Shown here piece after piece: positions 55,007-64,000 of a DNA stretch of 64,000 bases. The notes under the pieces were generated by a model that did not search any database, was not told the origin of the DNA, and was given only the letters and a program-made list of their open reading frames with translations. Within the stretch, counting starts at the first letter, position 1, and each line of letters opens with the position of its first letter. The stretch is from contig CAVYKS010000009.1 in NCBI GenBank assembly GCA_963769145.1, positions 586,919 to 650,918 of the forward strand, given 5' to 3'. The stretch is from an uncultured Actinomycetota bacterium. GTDB taxonomy: Bacteria; Actinomycetota; Actinomycetes; Streptosporangiales; Streptosporangiaceae. A program made the translations under genes and the position numbers.

Positions 55007-56056
55007 GCGAATGTATTTCAGGTTTGGCCGGTCCTGTAACCGGTTGCTGTTTCCCTTCGCCATGGGTCGCTGAATTAGTCGGCGTAGACCTGTTCAAGGT
55101 CGGCAAGATGAATTTCGTGGCTTGGGTCGGCTTGCAGTTCACGGTTGAAGCCTGCGCCTGAGTAGCAGCTGAGTACCGTGTCCCGGGTGTCGAATCCCTT
55201 AACGGCGAGTAGATCCCGCGCCCGGCGCAGGCGTTCGATGTGGCGGAGGTCCATGACCCGGTCCCATTTCGCCTCGCCCAGGGACAGGATCTTGCGCGGG
55301 TGCCCTGGCTCGGCCGGCGCGAGCACCACGACGTCAACCTCGATCTGCGGCCGGCTGCTGGCGATCGAGCGCAAGGCCGGCCGCGATCGCGTAGTCGCGG
55401 CAGATCGCTTCGAAATGCGGTCCTGTTACCTGCGACAGGAAGCGTGCACGGGCTCCGGGCCAGACCGCTGGCCCGCCGCCGAGTTCGAGGCGTGCCCATT
55501 GGCGGCTCATGATGGCCTGGTAGAAGGTGTTAAGCGGCTCAGCGATGCGGTACCTGGCCCGCCCCGACCTGAACAGGTCGGGCTCTTTGATCAGCAGCCG
55601 GCAGTCCTCGAGTACGCGGAGCGGATGCGCTATCTCGTTGGACTTCCTGCCGATGTAGCCGGCGATTCCGCTGGAGGTGTTGTTTCGGGCTTCCCGGAAG
55701 AGCGGGCTCTGCGGATTCAGCACGGTCCGGATTACCCAGGCGTCAAAGTCGGCGAGGTTTGCGGGGGTGTCCTCCCGCAGGAGTTCCCGGCGGTACGCGG
55801 GAGTTCCGCCTACTACTGAGTGCACGAGCACGGCCAGCCTGGGATCGGAGATCTCCCAGAATCGGGCGGCGTGCCCGGTAGCCGAAGGGGTGGACGATCA
55901 GCTCAAGACCTGCCCGCCCGCGAAGCGGTGCCCGCCCGGACAGCAGGCCGCCCATCACTGACATCGCCGAGCCGCAGAGCAGGAGCCGTGCCCGGCTCGC
56001 GGCTCCGCTCCCTCCCGGGCCGAGTTCCCGGGCGATGATTGATGGCAGGGCGGGCG
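55007..56056. repeat. Direct segmental duplication, copy A (degraded)
   Basis: Aligns by eye with 57591-58755. It is near-identical except for one replaced block (about 55338-55370 versus 57922-57993), one ~76-nt deletion relative to 58310-58385, and single-base indels. Confidence 0.85.
55075..56056 (-). pseudogene. AAA/DUF234 ATPase gene, 3' partial duplicate with frameshifts
   Basis: ORF pieces 55075-55374, 55334-55831 and 55743-55964 together reproduce the C-terminal ~340 aa of the intact protein at 57659-59269. They sit in different frames, and the P-loop half is missing. Confidence 0.75.
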
Positions 56057-56202
56057 CTGCGCGCTACCAGGGTTAGCCGGTAGCCGCCCACGGCGAAGCG
56101 ACGTGCCACGGCCATTCCAAGGCCAGGCCCAGCGCCGACCAGCAGAAGGTGGCGGCTATCGACTGAGCCGGGACCTGCGCCTTCGGCGAGGTCAGCGATC
56201 AT
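56050..56202 (-). pseudogene. Short-chain dehydrogenase N-terminal fragment fused at the duplication junction
   Basis: MIADLAEGAGPGSVDSRHLLLVGAGPGLGMAVARRFAVGGYRLTLVARSA is an SDR Rossmann start. It then runs directly into duplicated ATPase sequence. Confidence 0.45.
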
Positions 56203-56479
56203 GCTTCCTCGGTTGCCAGGGTCGCCTGCTCGCTCGCTTGGCATGCGTACCGTTCCTTTCGCGTCGCCGCCCCGGAGAGCGGCTCGGGCTAGTGGCTCTG
56301 TCGCGCCCCTGACCTCGCGGAATCATTCAGATTGGCGCTGAGATGGCACTGTCCGAGGTGGCGTCACGCGGTCAGTGGTTGCAGGCCCGGGTTCGGCTGC
56401 TCAGGCGGGGAGAAAGAACACTGCCTCCCCGACGCGACTCGGCGAATCCGTCCGGGGTACCGGTGATGACCCAAACGCC

Positions 56480-56593
56480 ATGAAGGAGATAACGGTGTCC
56501 AGGCTCCGGGTACATAATTTCGTCATCACGTTGGACGGCTACGCCACCGGTGAGGACCAGTCGACCGAGGCCGCATTCGGTACCGCCCAGTGA
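56480..56593 (+). pseudogene. Dihydrofolate reductase-family (RibD C-terminal domain) N-terminal fragment
   Basis: MKEITVSRLRVHNFVITLDGYATGEDQSTEAAFG, then a stop. The downstream frames are not coherent. Confidence 0.4.
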
Positions 56594-56771
56594 TCGATGA
56601 GTTCCCTGATCGCGGTCTGCGTGCCGGGTACACGCGCCTGGAGCAGTTGGCGCGGGGTCGGCGAATCCGAGATCGAGAAACTGCACGGCATGGGCCGACC
56701 GCGATCACGGCCTGCGGGACGCCCTCGATGAGCGCGGACCCGCGTTCCGCAACTAGCGCAGGAGGTTTCAG

Positions 56772-57326
56772 ATGGCCAGGCTGATCTATTCGGCGATCGC
56801 GTCGCTCGACGGCTACGTCGAGGACGAGCAGGGCAAATTTGACTGGGCGGCGCCGGATGAGGAGGTCTTCGCGTTCGTGAACGACCTTGAGCGGCCAATC
56901 GGCACCCATCTGTACGGGCGGCGCATGTACGAGACGATGGTCTACTGGGAGACCGTGTCGAGCGGCAACGATCAGGCGGCGGTGATTCGGGACTTCGCGG
57001 AGATCTGGTGGGCGGCCGAGAAGGTTGTCTACTCCCGGACGATGCCGACGGTGTCCAGCGAGAGGACCCGAATCGAGCGCGAGTTCGACGCCTCAGCGAT
57101 CAGGCGGCTGAAGGAGAGCTCGCGATCCGACATCACGATCGGCGGGGCGGAGCTTGCCGGCCGGGCGATCGCTGAGGGGCTGGTCGACGAGTGCCATCTC
57201 TTCCTCGGGCCGGTACTAGTGGGCGGTGGCAAGCGCGCCCTGCCCGCCGGCGTCCATGCCGAGCTCGAGCTGCTGGACGAGCGCCGCTTTCGCAGCGGCG
57301 TCGTATACCTGCACTACCGTCTATGA
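56772..57326 (+). CDS. Dihydrofolate reductase-family protein (RibD C-terminal domain)
   Basis: MARLIYSAIASLDGYVEDEQGKFDWAAPDEEVFAFVNDL ... ITIGGAELAGRAIAEGLVDECHLFLGPVLVGGG. 184 aa, typical of the family. Confidence 0.85.
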   Translation: MARLIYSAIASLDGYVEDEQGKFDWAAPDEEVFAFVNDLERPIGTHLYGRRMYETMVYWETVSSGNDQAAVIRDFAEIWWAAEKVVYSRTMPTVSSERTRIEREFDASAIRRLKESSRSDITIGGAELAGRAIAEGLVDECHLFLGPVLVGGGKRALPAGVHAELELLDERRFRSGVVYLHYRL

Positions 57327-57341
57327 GCAGACAGGAGCACG

Positions 57342-57482
57342 ATGTCGACATCGCCGCAGGACTTCAGCGCCCAGATCATCGAGGAGTTCCCCGCCAACGG
57401 GGGACGGTTCGTGGCGGCGGGGAAGCGGCTCTGCATCGATCCGGGGTCATCGTCGGCGGCGTTATCCGGCACTACTTGCTAG
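57342..57482 (+). pseudogene. Deazaflavin-dependent nitroreductase (DDN-like) N-terminal fragment
   Basis: A 46-aa ORF with an aggag SD. MSTSPQDFSAQIIEEFPANGGRFVAAG matches the start of the F420-dependent DDN family, after which the ORF ends prematurely. Confidence 0.4.
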
Positions 57483-57590
57483 CCGTCTTGGTCATCGCGG
57501 CGGCGCTCGGCGGCATTCGTGTCAAGCTGAATCACTGGTGATCACGGCACTTGGAGCGACTCCGGATTAGCCGGTTTGGTCATAGGCTAC

Positions 57591-58755
57591 GCGAATGATT
57601 TTCAGGTCCGGTCAGTCCTGTAACCGGTTGCTGTTTCCCTTCGCCATGGGTCGCTGAATTAGTCGGCGTAGACCTGTTCAAGGTCGGCAAGATGAATTTC
57701 GTGGCTTGGGTCGGCTTGCAGTTCACGGTTGAAGCCTGCGCCTGAGTAGCAGCTGAGTACCGTGTCCCGGGTGTCGAATCCCTTAACGGCGAGTAGATCC
57801 CGCGCCCGGCGCAGGCGTTCGATGTGGCGGAGGTCCATGACCCGGTCCCATTTCGCCTCGCCCAGGGACAGGATCTTGCGCGGGCGCCCTGGTTCGGCCG
57901 GCGCGAGCACCACGACGTCAACCTCGATCTGGGTTCGGTTCACGGGGTCCGGGACGACCCCGGATCCCACTTCGCCTGGCGGGCCGCCGAAGACGCCGGG
58001 ATCAGCCGCGATCGCGTAGTCCCGGCAGATCGCTTCGAAATGCGGTCCTGTTACCTGCGACAGGAAGCGTGCACGGGCTCCGGGCCAGACCGCTGGCCCG
58101 CCGCCGAGTTCGAGGCGTGCCCATTGGCGGCTCATGATGGCCTGGTAGAAGGTGATGAGCGGCTCAGCGATGCGGTACCTGGCCCGCCCCGACCTGAACA
58201 GGTCGGGCTCTTTGATCAGCAGCCGGCAGTCCTCGAGTACGCGGAGCGGATGCGCTATCTCGTTGGACTTCCTGCCGATGTAGCCGGCGATTCCGCCGGA
58301 GGTGTTGTTTCCCTCGGCGACGGCGGCGAGCACCGAGTGATACAGCGACGGGTCGCGTATTTCGGTCTCCTCGGCGAGGAGGTAGCGGGCTTCCCGGAAG
58401 AGCGGGCTCTGCGGATTCAGCACGGTCCGGATTACCCAGGCGTCAAAGTCGGCGAGGTTTGCGGGGGTGTCCTCCCGCAGGAGTTCCCGGCGGTACGCGG
58501 GAGTTCCGCCTACTACTGAGTGCACGAGCACGGCCAGCCTGGGATCGGAGATCTCCCAGAATCGGGCGGCGTCCCGGTAGCCGAAGGGGTGGACGATCAG
58601 CTCAAGACCTGCCCGCCCGCGAAGCGGTGCCCGCCCGGACAGCAGGCCGCCCATCACTGACATCGCCGAGCCGCAGAGCAGGAGCCGTGCCCGGCTCGCG
58701 GCTCCGCTCCCTCCCGGGCCGAGTTCCCGGGCGATGATGGATGGCAGGGCGGGCG
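57591..58755. repeat. Direct segmental duplication, copy B (intact)
   Basis: Partner of 55007-56056. It covers the 3' two-thirds of the ATPase gene plus ~70 nt downstream of its stop. Confidence 0.85.
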
Positions 58756-59269
58756 ATGCCTTCACCAGGAAGGGGAACTCGTCGATCACCACCGGGACGG
58801 CACGGTCCTCGGCCACCCTGAACAGGTAGGGGATGGCCTCGAGCCAGTCCCGGAACGGCGGGACCGGCGATCGGCTGAAGCGGATGAGCTCGTCGGCGAA
58901 CACACGCAGCGATACCGCTTCGGTCAGTTCCAGGGCCGGGAAGTAGATTCCGCCCAGGGCAGCCGTTAGCGCCTGGAGGAGATAGCTCTTGCCCTGCCGG
59001 CGGCGCCCGCTCACCACGCCGAGCGTCGCGCCAGGACGGGCGTCGGCGCCGAAGGAGACCAGGCCTTTCCACTCGGCGTCGCGGTCGAACAGGTGAGCGG
59101 GCTTGGTCGTATCCCAATCCGAAGCGTGCACGACCGAAGTATAGTTGACCGAAGCATACTTCGAGTCATCTAAATCCCGACGCCGCCTGAGGTCGGCGAG
59201 CGTACCGGCTGGAACCCGATCCCGAAACGGCACCGGTCGTCCGGTGGCCGGTCGCCCGGAGCATCTCAA
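57659..59269 (-). CDS. AAA-type ATPase with DUF234 domain (Arch_ATPase-like ATP-binding protein)
   Basis: Walker A is GVVSGRRRQGKSYLLQAL and Walker B is VPVVIDEFPFL. The C-terminal DUF234-like region ends ...HEIHLADLEQVYAD. The probable true start is GTG 59131 (VHASDWDTTKPAHLFDRDAEW). Confidence 0.8.
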   Translation of the reverse strand: MRCSGRPATGRPVPFRDRVPAGTLADLRRRRDLDDSKYASVNYTSVVHASDWDTTKPAHLFDRDAEWKGLVSFGADARPGATLGVVSGRRRQGKSYLLQALTAALGGIYFPALELTEAVSLRVFADELIRFSRSPVPPFRDWLEAIPYLFRVAEDRAVPVVIDEFPFLVKASPALPSIIARELGPGGSGAASRARLLLCGSAMSVMGGLLSGRAPLRGRAGLELIVHPFGYRDAARFWEISDPRLAVLVHSVVGGTPAYRRELLREDTPANLADFDAWVIRTVLNPQSPLFREARYLLAEETEIRDPSLYHSVLAAVAEGNNTSGGIAGYIGRKSNEIAHPLRVLEDCRLLIKEPDLFRSGRARYRIAEPLITFYQAIMSRQWARLELGGGPAVWPGARARFLSQVTGPHFEAICRDYAIAADPGVFGGPPGEVGSGVVPDPVNRTQIEVDVVVLAPAEPGRPRKILSLGEAKWDRVMDLRHIERLRRARDLLAVKGFDTRDTVLSCYSGAGFNRELQADPSHEIHLADLEQVYAD

Positions 59270-59295
59270 GCCAGGCCGCCACCTCGGCGGCGGCG

Positions 59296-59348
59296 CAGCG
59301 TGGGACCCTGGCTGTCGTTATAGCGACAGCGTGGGTCCCTAGCTGCTG
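59296..59348. repeat. Composite palindromic element (22-nt motif, ttatagcga, 22-nt motif)
   Basis: cagcgtgggaccctggctgtcg (59296-59317), ttatagcga, then cagcgtgggtccctagctgctg (59327-59348). It can form a ~16-bp imperfect hairpin (59303-59340). It lies upstream of the ATPase gene. Confidence 0.8.
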
Positions 59349-60013
59349 CGGGGCTCTCGACGGCCGCATGGTGAGGCGAACTGGTGTCCTGGCTCTCCTC
59401 AAGCGGAGCCAGGACACCAGTGGTACCGGTTCTCTCCCAGCGGTCGGCTGGTGATCAACCTCGGCTATCAGCCAGTCTTGACCAGTTCGGCCATCGACCC
59501 GAGGGCGAGCGCGTCATTTGCGCTCAACTCGCTGCCGCCGTAGGTCAGTACGACCGACATGGCCTCCATCGTGTACAGATAGGGCTGGTCCAGTAGTTCC
59601 GCAGGTCGATCGCGAATCCCGCTACCACTGCGACATAGGTGTCCGGGGGAATCGTGTTGATGTCGGCCATGATCGCGTCGTAGATCGCGGGATCAGGGGT
59701 GAGGCTGTCCGGTAGGTAGGACTGGTAGTAGAGATGGCTCATCAGCGGTTCGTAGCTGACCGGGTCGAGCAGCGCGACCTGATAGCCGCCGATCGGGACA
59801 ACGTGCCCGTGCCATGCCCTTTCCCTACGGCGAGGCGCGCCTACTGCACGCGCACGGCCTGCTCGACCGCCAGCGGCGAAACAAAGCCGCCGCGCACGCC
59901 AGGTTCTCCGACGCGCTTGCCATCGTCGAGAGTCTGGGCGCAGAACGAGATGCCATCAGGTTCCGCGAAGCGTCGGATACGCGCGCTTGCTGAAATCCGG
60001 GATAAACGACCAC

Positions 60014-60448
60014 TCAGTCGAGATCGAACTCGTTGCCCTCGATGTCCTGCATCACCAGGCACGACTCGTTGTAGCCATCGGCACGCAGTAGCCGCACGCG
60101 AACCGCGCCGAGCGCGACCAGCCGCGCGCATTCGGCCTCAAGCGCGGCCAGGCGCTCTTCACCCACGAGCCCGGTGCCGACACGCACGTCAAGATGCAGC
60201 CGGTTCTTGACGACCTTGCCTTCCGGAACGCGCTGGAAGAACAGTCGCGGGCCCGCACCTGAGGGATCAACGCATGCGAACCATGAACCCTGACGGTCAG
60301 GCGGCAGCGAGCGGTCGAAATCATCCCAGGTAGCAAACCCCTCCGGTGGCGGCGGCACGACGTACCCCAGCACCTCGCACCAGAAACGAGCGACGCGCTC
60401 AGGTTCTGCGCAGTCGAAGGTGACCTGGACCTCCTTGACCGACGTCAT
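60014..60448 (-). CDS. VOC/glyoxalase-like domain protein
   Basis: VTFDCAEPERVARFWCEVLGY ... NRLHLDVRV ... LVMQDIEGNEFDLD is typical of the glyoxalase-like domain family. Confidence 0.75.
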   Translation of the reverse strand: MTSVKEVQVTFDCAEPERVARFWCEVLGYVVPPPPEGFATWDDFDRSLPPDRQGSWFACVDPSGAGPRLFFQRVPEGKVVKNRLHLDVRVGTGLVGEERLAALEAECARLVALGAVRVRLLRADGYNESCLVMQDIEGNEFDLD

Positions 60449-60654
60449 CGGTCCACCATAGAGGCGGGGTCTTTCGTCGTCTCCATAGGCCCGCCCTGCT
60501 GCTGGGCACCTGCAGGTGGCCGGCCGTGCCGTATCGTCCGCGGCGGGTGATGACGCCGCGCTTCCTACGGGCGCATTCTCACGCTCTGATGATTGTCGTC
60601 TCGAAGGTCGTGGCTGCGCGCAGCTGGCCGGTGGTGGGGAAGGAAGTGAGAGCA

Positions 60655-61884
60655 GTGACGGCCGCCGCCGACCTGGCGATCATCGGCGGGCTTGTGTTTG
60701 CCTGGGGTACGTTGTCGGCGCGGCTGGAACGCTTCGATATGACCGGGCCGATCGTGTTCACCGCGGTGGGCCTGCTGCTGACCCATGGCCTGCTGACGCC
60801 GCTGGGAATCATGCCCAGCAAGGAACTGGTCAGGGTAGTGGCCGAGTTGACGCTGGCGCTCGTGCTGTTCTCGGACGCTTCGCGGGTCGGCCTGCATGGA
60901 CTGCGGGCCGACCTTGGGCCGTGCCTGCGGCTGCTCGGCATCGGCCTGCCGCTGACCATCGGCCTCGGTACGCTGCTGGCGTTCGCCCTGCCCGGGGTAA
61001 CGAATATCTGGCTCGCCTTGCTCGCCGGAGCGGCCCTCGCGCCGACCGATGCCGCGCTGGGCGCGGCCGTGATGGCCAACCCCGGCGTTCCGTCTAGAAT
61101 CCGCGAGCTGATCAACGTCGAGAGCGGGCTCAACGACGGCATCGCCACCCCGGTCGTGCTGGTCGCGATCGCGGGCGCGGGGCATGCCGAGCACGTTGTC
61201 AGCACCGGTGCGGTGTCGGCGGTGACCGAACTGGCGCTCGGCCTGCTGATCGGTTCTGTGGTCGGAGGTGGCGGCGGCTGGCTGGCCAAGGTGGGCGCTG
61301 GCCGCGGCTGGATGGATCAGGGTTTCGCCGGCGCTGCGGTGCTGGGCCTTGCGTTGTGCTCGTATGCCAGTTCCGTGGCGCTGCACGGCAACGGGTTCGT
61401 GGCCGCGTTTACCGGCGGCCTGGCTTTCGCGGCTGCCGGCGGCCAGGCGGCCAGGCTGGTTCCCTTCGTCGAAGAGACGGGCACGTTGCTGTCATTGCTG
61501 GTCTGGCTGATGTTCGGGATCGTGGCGGTAGCGCCGGCCATCGAAGACCTGACCTGGCAGACAGGGCTGTATGCGGTGCTCAGCCTGACAGTGATCCGGA
61601 TGCTGCCGGTAGCGGTCGCGCTGGCCGGCGCAGGGCTTGGCAAGCCCGCTGTGCTGTTCATCGGCTGGTTCGGCCCCCGTGGCCTGGCGTCGGTCGTCTT
61701 CGGGCTGCTGGCGCTTGAGGACCTGGCCGGATCCGCCGCGAAGCCGGTGGTCTCGGTGATCTCATTCACCGTGCTGCTCAGCGTGCTGGCCCACGGGCTA
61801 ACCGCCGACCCGCTAGCCAGGCGTTACGGCCCGCGGCTCACCCCTGCGCCACGCCCCGCCGGCCCGCCCGGGTCAGGCAGCTAA
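60655..61884 (+). CDS. Cation:proton antiporter (CPA1, Na+/H+ exchanger family)
   Basis: About 11 TM helices, with ALAPTDAALGAAV and ESGLNDGIATPV motifs typical of Na+/H+ exchangers. GTG 60655 with an upstream ggaagg SD is preferred over the longest ORF (60526). Confidence 0.85.
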   Translation: MTAAADLAIIGGLVFAWGTLSARLERFDMTGPIVFTAVGLLLTHGLLTPLGIMPSKELVRVVAELTLALVLFSDASRVGLHGLRADLGPCLRLLGIGLPLTIGLGTLLAFALPGVTNIWLALLAGAALAPTDAALGAAVMANPGVPSRIRELINVESGLNDGIATPVVLVAIAGAGHAEHVVSTGAVSAVTELALGLLIGSVVGGGGGWLAKVGAGRGWMDQGFAGAAVLGLALCSYASSVALHGNGFVAAFTGGLAFAAAGGQAARLVPFVEETGTLLSLLVWLMFGIVAVAPAIEDLTWQTGLYAVLSLTVIRMLPVAVALAGAGLGKPAVLFIGWFGPRGLASVVFGLLALEDLAGSAAKPVVSVISFTVLLSVLAHGLTADPLARRYGPRLTPAPRPAGPPGSGS

Positions 61885-61979
61885 TGAAGCCGCCCGGCCG
61901 ACGATATCCATTGTTTCCTCCGGGACTGGCCACAGACGACCGCGGTCAGCAGCGAGGCGGGGCGGATGGCGGCGAGCTT

Positions 61980-62082
61980 CCGTGATCATGGAAACGCGGT
62001 TACCGCGGAAGCGCAGCCGCGAAATACGACAGCCAGACTCCACGATCATGACCCAAAGCTTGATCACGGAAACAAAGCCGCG
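61980..62082. repeat. Dispersed ~100-nt intergenic repeat, copy 2
   Basis: Same orientation and high identity to 15925-16027, for example taccgcggaagcgcagccgcga and ctccacgatcatgaccc...cttgatcacggaaacaaa. Confidence 0.8.
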
Positions 62083-62405
62083 CCCTGATGCGTCGTGTGC
62101 GGGGATGTTTCGGCTACTCATCGAAGCCTTGCGTTCTTGCCGTCGCGCGTTGATTCTCGGCAACTCGGCACTGACCATATCTGGACGGTGCCCTGACCTC
62201 ATGCATGCCAACGGAGACCGCTCCGGCGCCGGCCATCCGGCCGACGGTCGTCCGTGTGAAGAGTTCAGGCGGGCGGGCGGCACTCGATGCGCACTCGCTG
62301 CTGGGCGTTCACTCACCGGGCGGAAGATCCCAGAGCGGCCTGCGCTGCCCGATGCCGGGTTAGCGAGTCCAGGCTGTTCGCGATCTTGTTGAGGAGGAGA
62401 CGAGA

Positions 62406-63584
62406 GTGCAGATCGATTTTCTCTCACGGCGCCGGGCTTGGCTCGCCGCCTTCGCCGCTGCGGCCGTGCTGCCGCTGGCGCTGATCGGGGCGGGCACCGC
62501 TGCCAGCGCCTCCGGTGGCGGGCAGCCGGCGTTCAAGCCGCCGGCGATCAAGCACGTGTGGGTCATCGAGCTGGAGAACGAGGGCTCCGCCCAGACCTTT
62601 GGCGACCCGTCGGCCGACCCTTATCTGGCCAGGACCCTGGTCAGGGAGGGCGCGCTGGTCAAGAACTACTTCGCGGTCGGGCACAACAGCCTGGACAACT
62701 ACATCGCCCAGGTCACCGGGCAGTCGCCGGACCAGGCGACCGACAACGACTGCGGGGTCTGGACCAAGTTCACGAAGGGAGCCAAGTTCGAGGCACCGTT
62801 TCACCAGCTGGTCGGCAACGGCTGCGTGTACCCCAAGTCGGTGCTGACGATCGGCAACCAGCTCACCGCCAAGCGCCTGACCTGGAAGGCCTACCTCCAG
62901 GACATGGGCAACGACCCCAAGCGCGACAGCACCGTGCAGACCAGCCAGGGTCCCGCGTGCGGCCACCCCAAGGTCGGCAGCCCTGACCCCACCGAGGGCG
63001 CCGAGCCCGCCGACCAGTTCGCCGACCGGCACGAGGGCTTCATGTACACCGAGGCGGTCATCGGCAACCCGGCCTACTGCCGTGCGCACATCGTGTCGTT
63101 CCAGCCGCTGCTCACCGACCTGTCCAAGGCGAGCACGACGCCGAGCTTCTCCTGGCTGTCGCCGAACCTGTGCGATGACGGCCACGACGCCCCGTGCGCG
63201 AACGGCGACCCGGGCGGCCTGATCAGCATCGACGCCTTCTTGTCGATCTGGGTGCCGGAGATCATGCACTCACCCGCGTACAAGAACGGGCTGATCGTCA
63301 TCACCTTCGACGAGGGCTCCACCTCGACGGCGTGCTGCGGCGAGACGGCGGGCAAGTCGCCCGCGCACCCGAACCTGGCCCTGCCCGGCATGAACGGCCC
63401 CGGCGGCGGCCGCGTCGGCGCGGTGCTGCTGTCCCCGTTCATCAAGCCCGGAACGGTCAGCACGGTCGCCTACAACCACTACTCGATGCTGCGCAGCTTC
63501 GAGGACATCTTCGGCCTGTCGCACCTAGGCGACGCGGCGATGCCTCAGGCGAAGTCGCTCGGCAAGGACGTTTACACCAAGTAA
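62406..63584 (+). CDS. Secreted phosphoesterase-family protein (AcpA/phospholipase C-like acid phosphatase)
   Basis: Signal peptide, then IKHVWVIELENEGSAQTFG and NSLDNYIAQVTGQ, typical of the phosphoesterase family. GTG start with a gaggaggag SD. Confidence 0.8.
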   Translation: MQIDFLSRRRAWLAAFAAAAVLPLALIGAGTAASASGGGQPAFKPPAIKHVWVIELENEGSAQTFGDPSADPYLARTLVREGALVKNYFAVGHNSLDNYIAQVTGQSPDQATDNDCGVWTKFTKGAKFEAPFHQLVGNGCVYPKSVLTIGNQLTAKRLTWKAYLQDMGNDPKRDSTVQTSQGPACGHPKVGSPDPTEGAEPADQFADRHEGFMYTEAVIGNPAYCRAHIVSFQPLLTDLSKASTTPSFSWLSPNLCDDGHDAPCANGDPGGLISIDAFLSIWVPEIMHSPAYKNGLIVITFDEGSTSTACCGETAGKSPAHPNLALPGMNGPGGGRVGAVLLSPFIKPGTVSTVAYNHYSMLRSFEDIFGLSHLGDAAMPQAKSLGKDVYTK

Positions 63585-63608
63585 CAGCCAGGCACAGCGG
63601 TAACGCCA

Positions 63609-63650
63609 GGCGGGCGGTCAGGCGCCTTTTCGATCACCTGACCGCCCGCC
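63609..63650. terminator. Bidirectional hairpin between convergent genes
   Basis: A perfect 14-bp stem, ggcgggcggtcagg / cctgaccgcccgcc, with a 14-nt loop containing tttt. Confidence 0.55.
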
Positions 63651-63774
63651 AGCTCTCCGGCAAAGTCAAAAGCCCATGCCATTTTTCTGCATAAAAATTG
63701 CGGTGCTCTAGACGTAGATTCGGCAGGCCGCTCTGCCCGCACCTGCTCAGGGGTGTTTCAGCGCGATCCGGAGT

Positions 63775-63987
63775 TCACAGAGCGGACTGGCGCCGGAGGT
63801 GGCGGATGCCGATGAGTGCCACGAGCAGCGCGATGAGTGTCAGCGACTCCCAGACCCAACCGGTCACGAAACTGCTGAACGCGAAGCTCGGATTCCGGGT
63901 CAGGAGGTAAACGGAACTACCGCCGAAGGCCCAGGCAAGCCAGATTGCCACGGCGGCCAAAGGCCGGGCATCTACGATGCTCCACAA
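63775..63987 (-). CDS. Small membrane protein, possibly extending beyond the window edge
   Basis: Two or three hydrophobic helices. The reading frame stays open upstream of the TTG at 63987 up to position 64000. Confidence 0.3.
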   Translation of the reverse strand: MWSIVDARPLAAVAIWLAWAFGGSSVYLLTRNPSFAFSSFVTGWVWESLTLIALLVALIGIRHLRRQSAL

Positions 63988-64000
63988 GATCGCGCCGGCT

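Noticed and set aside
62263-62317. PHO-box-like 11-mers upstream of the secreted phosphoesterase gene (gttcaggcggg at 62263-62273, gttcactcacc at 62307-62317, 44 nt apart), plus gttcacccgcc at 16031-16041.
   Set aside because: These are isolated units rather than adjacent direct repeats, and each deviates from the G(G/T)TCAYYYR(G/C)G consensus I remember. I cannot score them without a matrix, so they are too weak to call.
1-64000. Search by eye for tRNA (T-loop GGTTCGAATCC-like strings), rRNA, transposase, integrase or phage genes.
   Set aside because: Nothing convincing was found. The only T-loop-like string (near 15474) lies inside the GH3 coding sequence. A proper tRNAscan/Infernal run is still advisable.

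Overview
This is a visibly high-GC, actinobacterial-type chromosomal segment (GC not computed). I support about 50 coding regions plus several pseudogenes and gene fragments. I found no rRNA, tRNA, CRISPR array, transposase or integrase by eye. 1-30 kb: mostly small-molecule, redox and housekeeping genes (ArsR/SRPBCC pair, DUF899, two MOSC proteins, three VOC/glyoxalase proteins plus a fourth at 60 kb, nitronate monooxygenase, zwf, pepN, a GH3 beta-glucosidase, a GT1 glycosyltransferase). Mixed in are a RecQ helicase with a PRTase-like tail and a putative phosphorothioate-DNA-dependent HNH endonuclease. 31.8-45.6 kb: an ESX-type (type VII) secretion locus with mycP, eccC, eccD, eccB, an esxB/esxA-like WXG100 pair and several candidate substrates. 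One candidate is a WXG-like protein with a C-terminal glycine-zipper membrane domain. 47.07-54.87 kb, my top candidate for an undescribed system: a tightly coupled six-gene minus-strand operon encoding a cytoplasmic trypsin-like protease, a PknG-like Ser/Thr kinase, a vWA/zinc-ribbon protein, a 4-TM protein, an orphan solute-binding lipoprotein and a small Trypco-like protein. 54.9-60.0 kb: a decay zone with a ~1.1 kb direct duplication of the 3' part of an AAA/DUF234 ATPase gene, bracketing a patchwork of gene fragments. Two families of short dispersed repeats occur in intergenic DNA, and there is an unusually long ~1.3 kb non-coding stretch at 2.3-3.6 kb. All family assignments come from reading the translations and recalling motifs. 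No database search was run.
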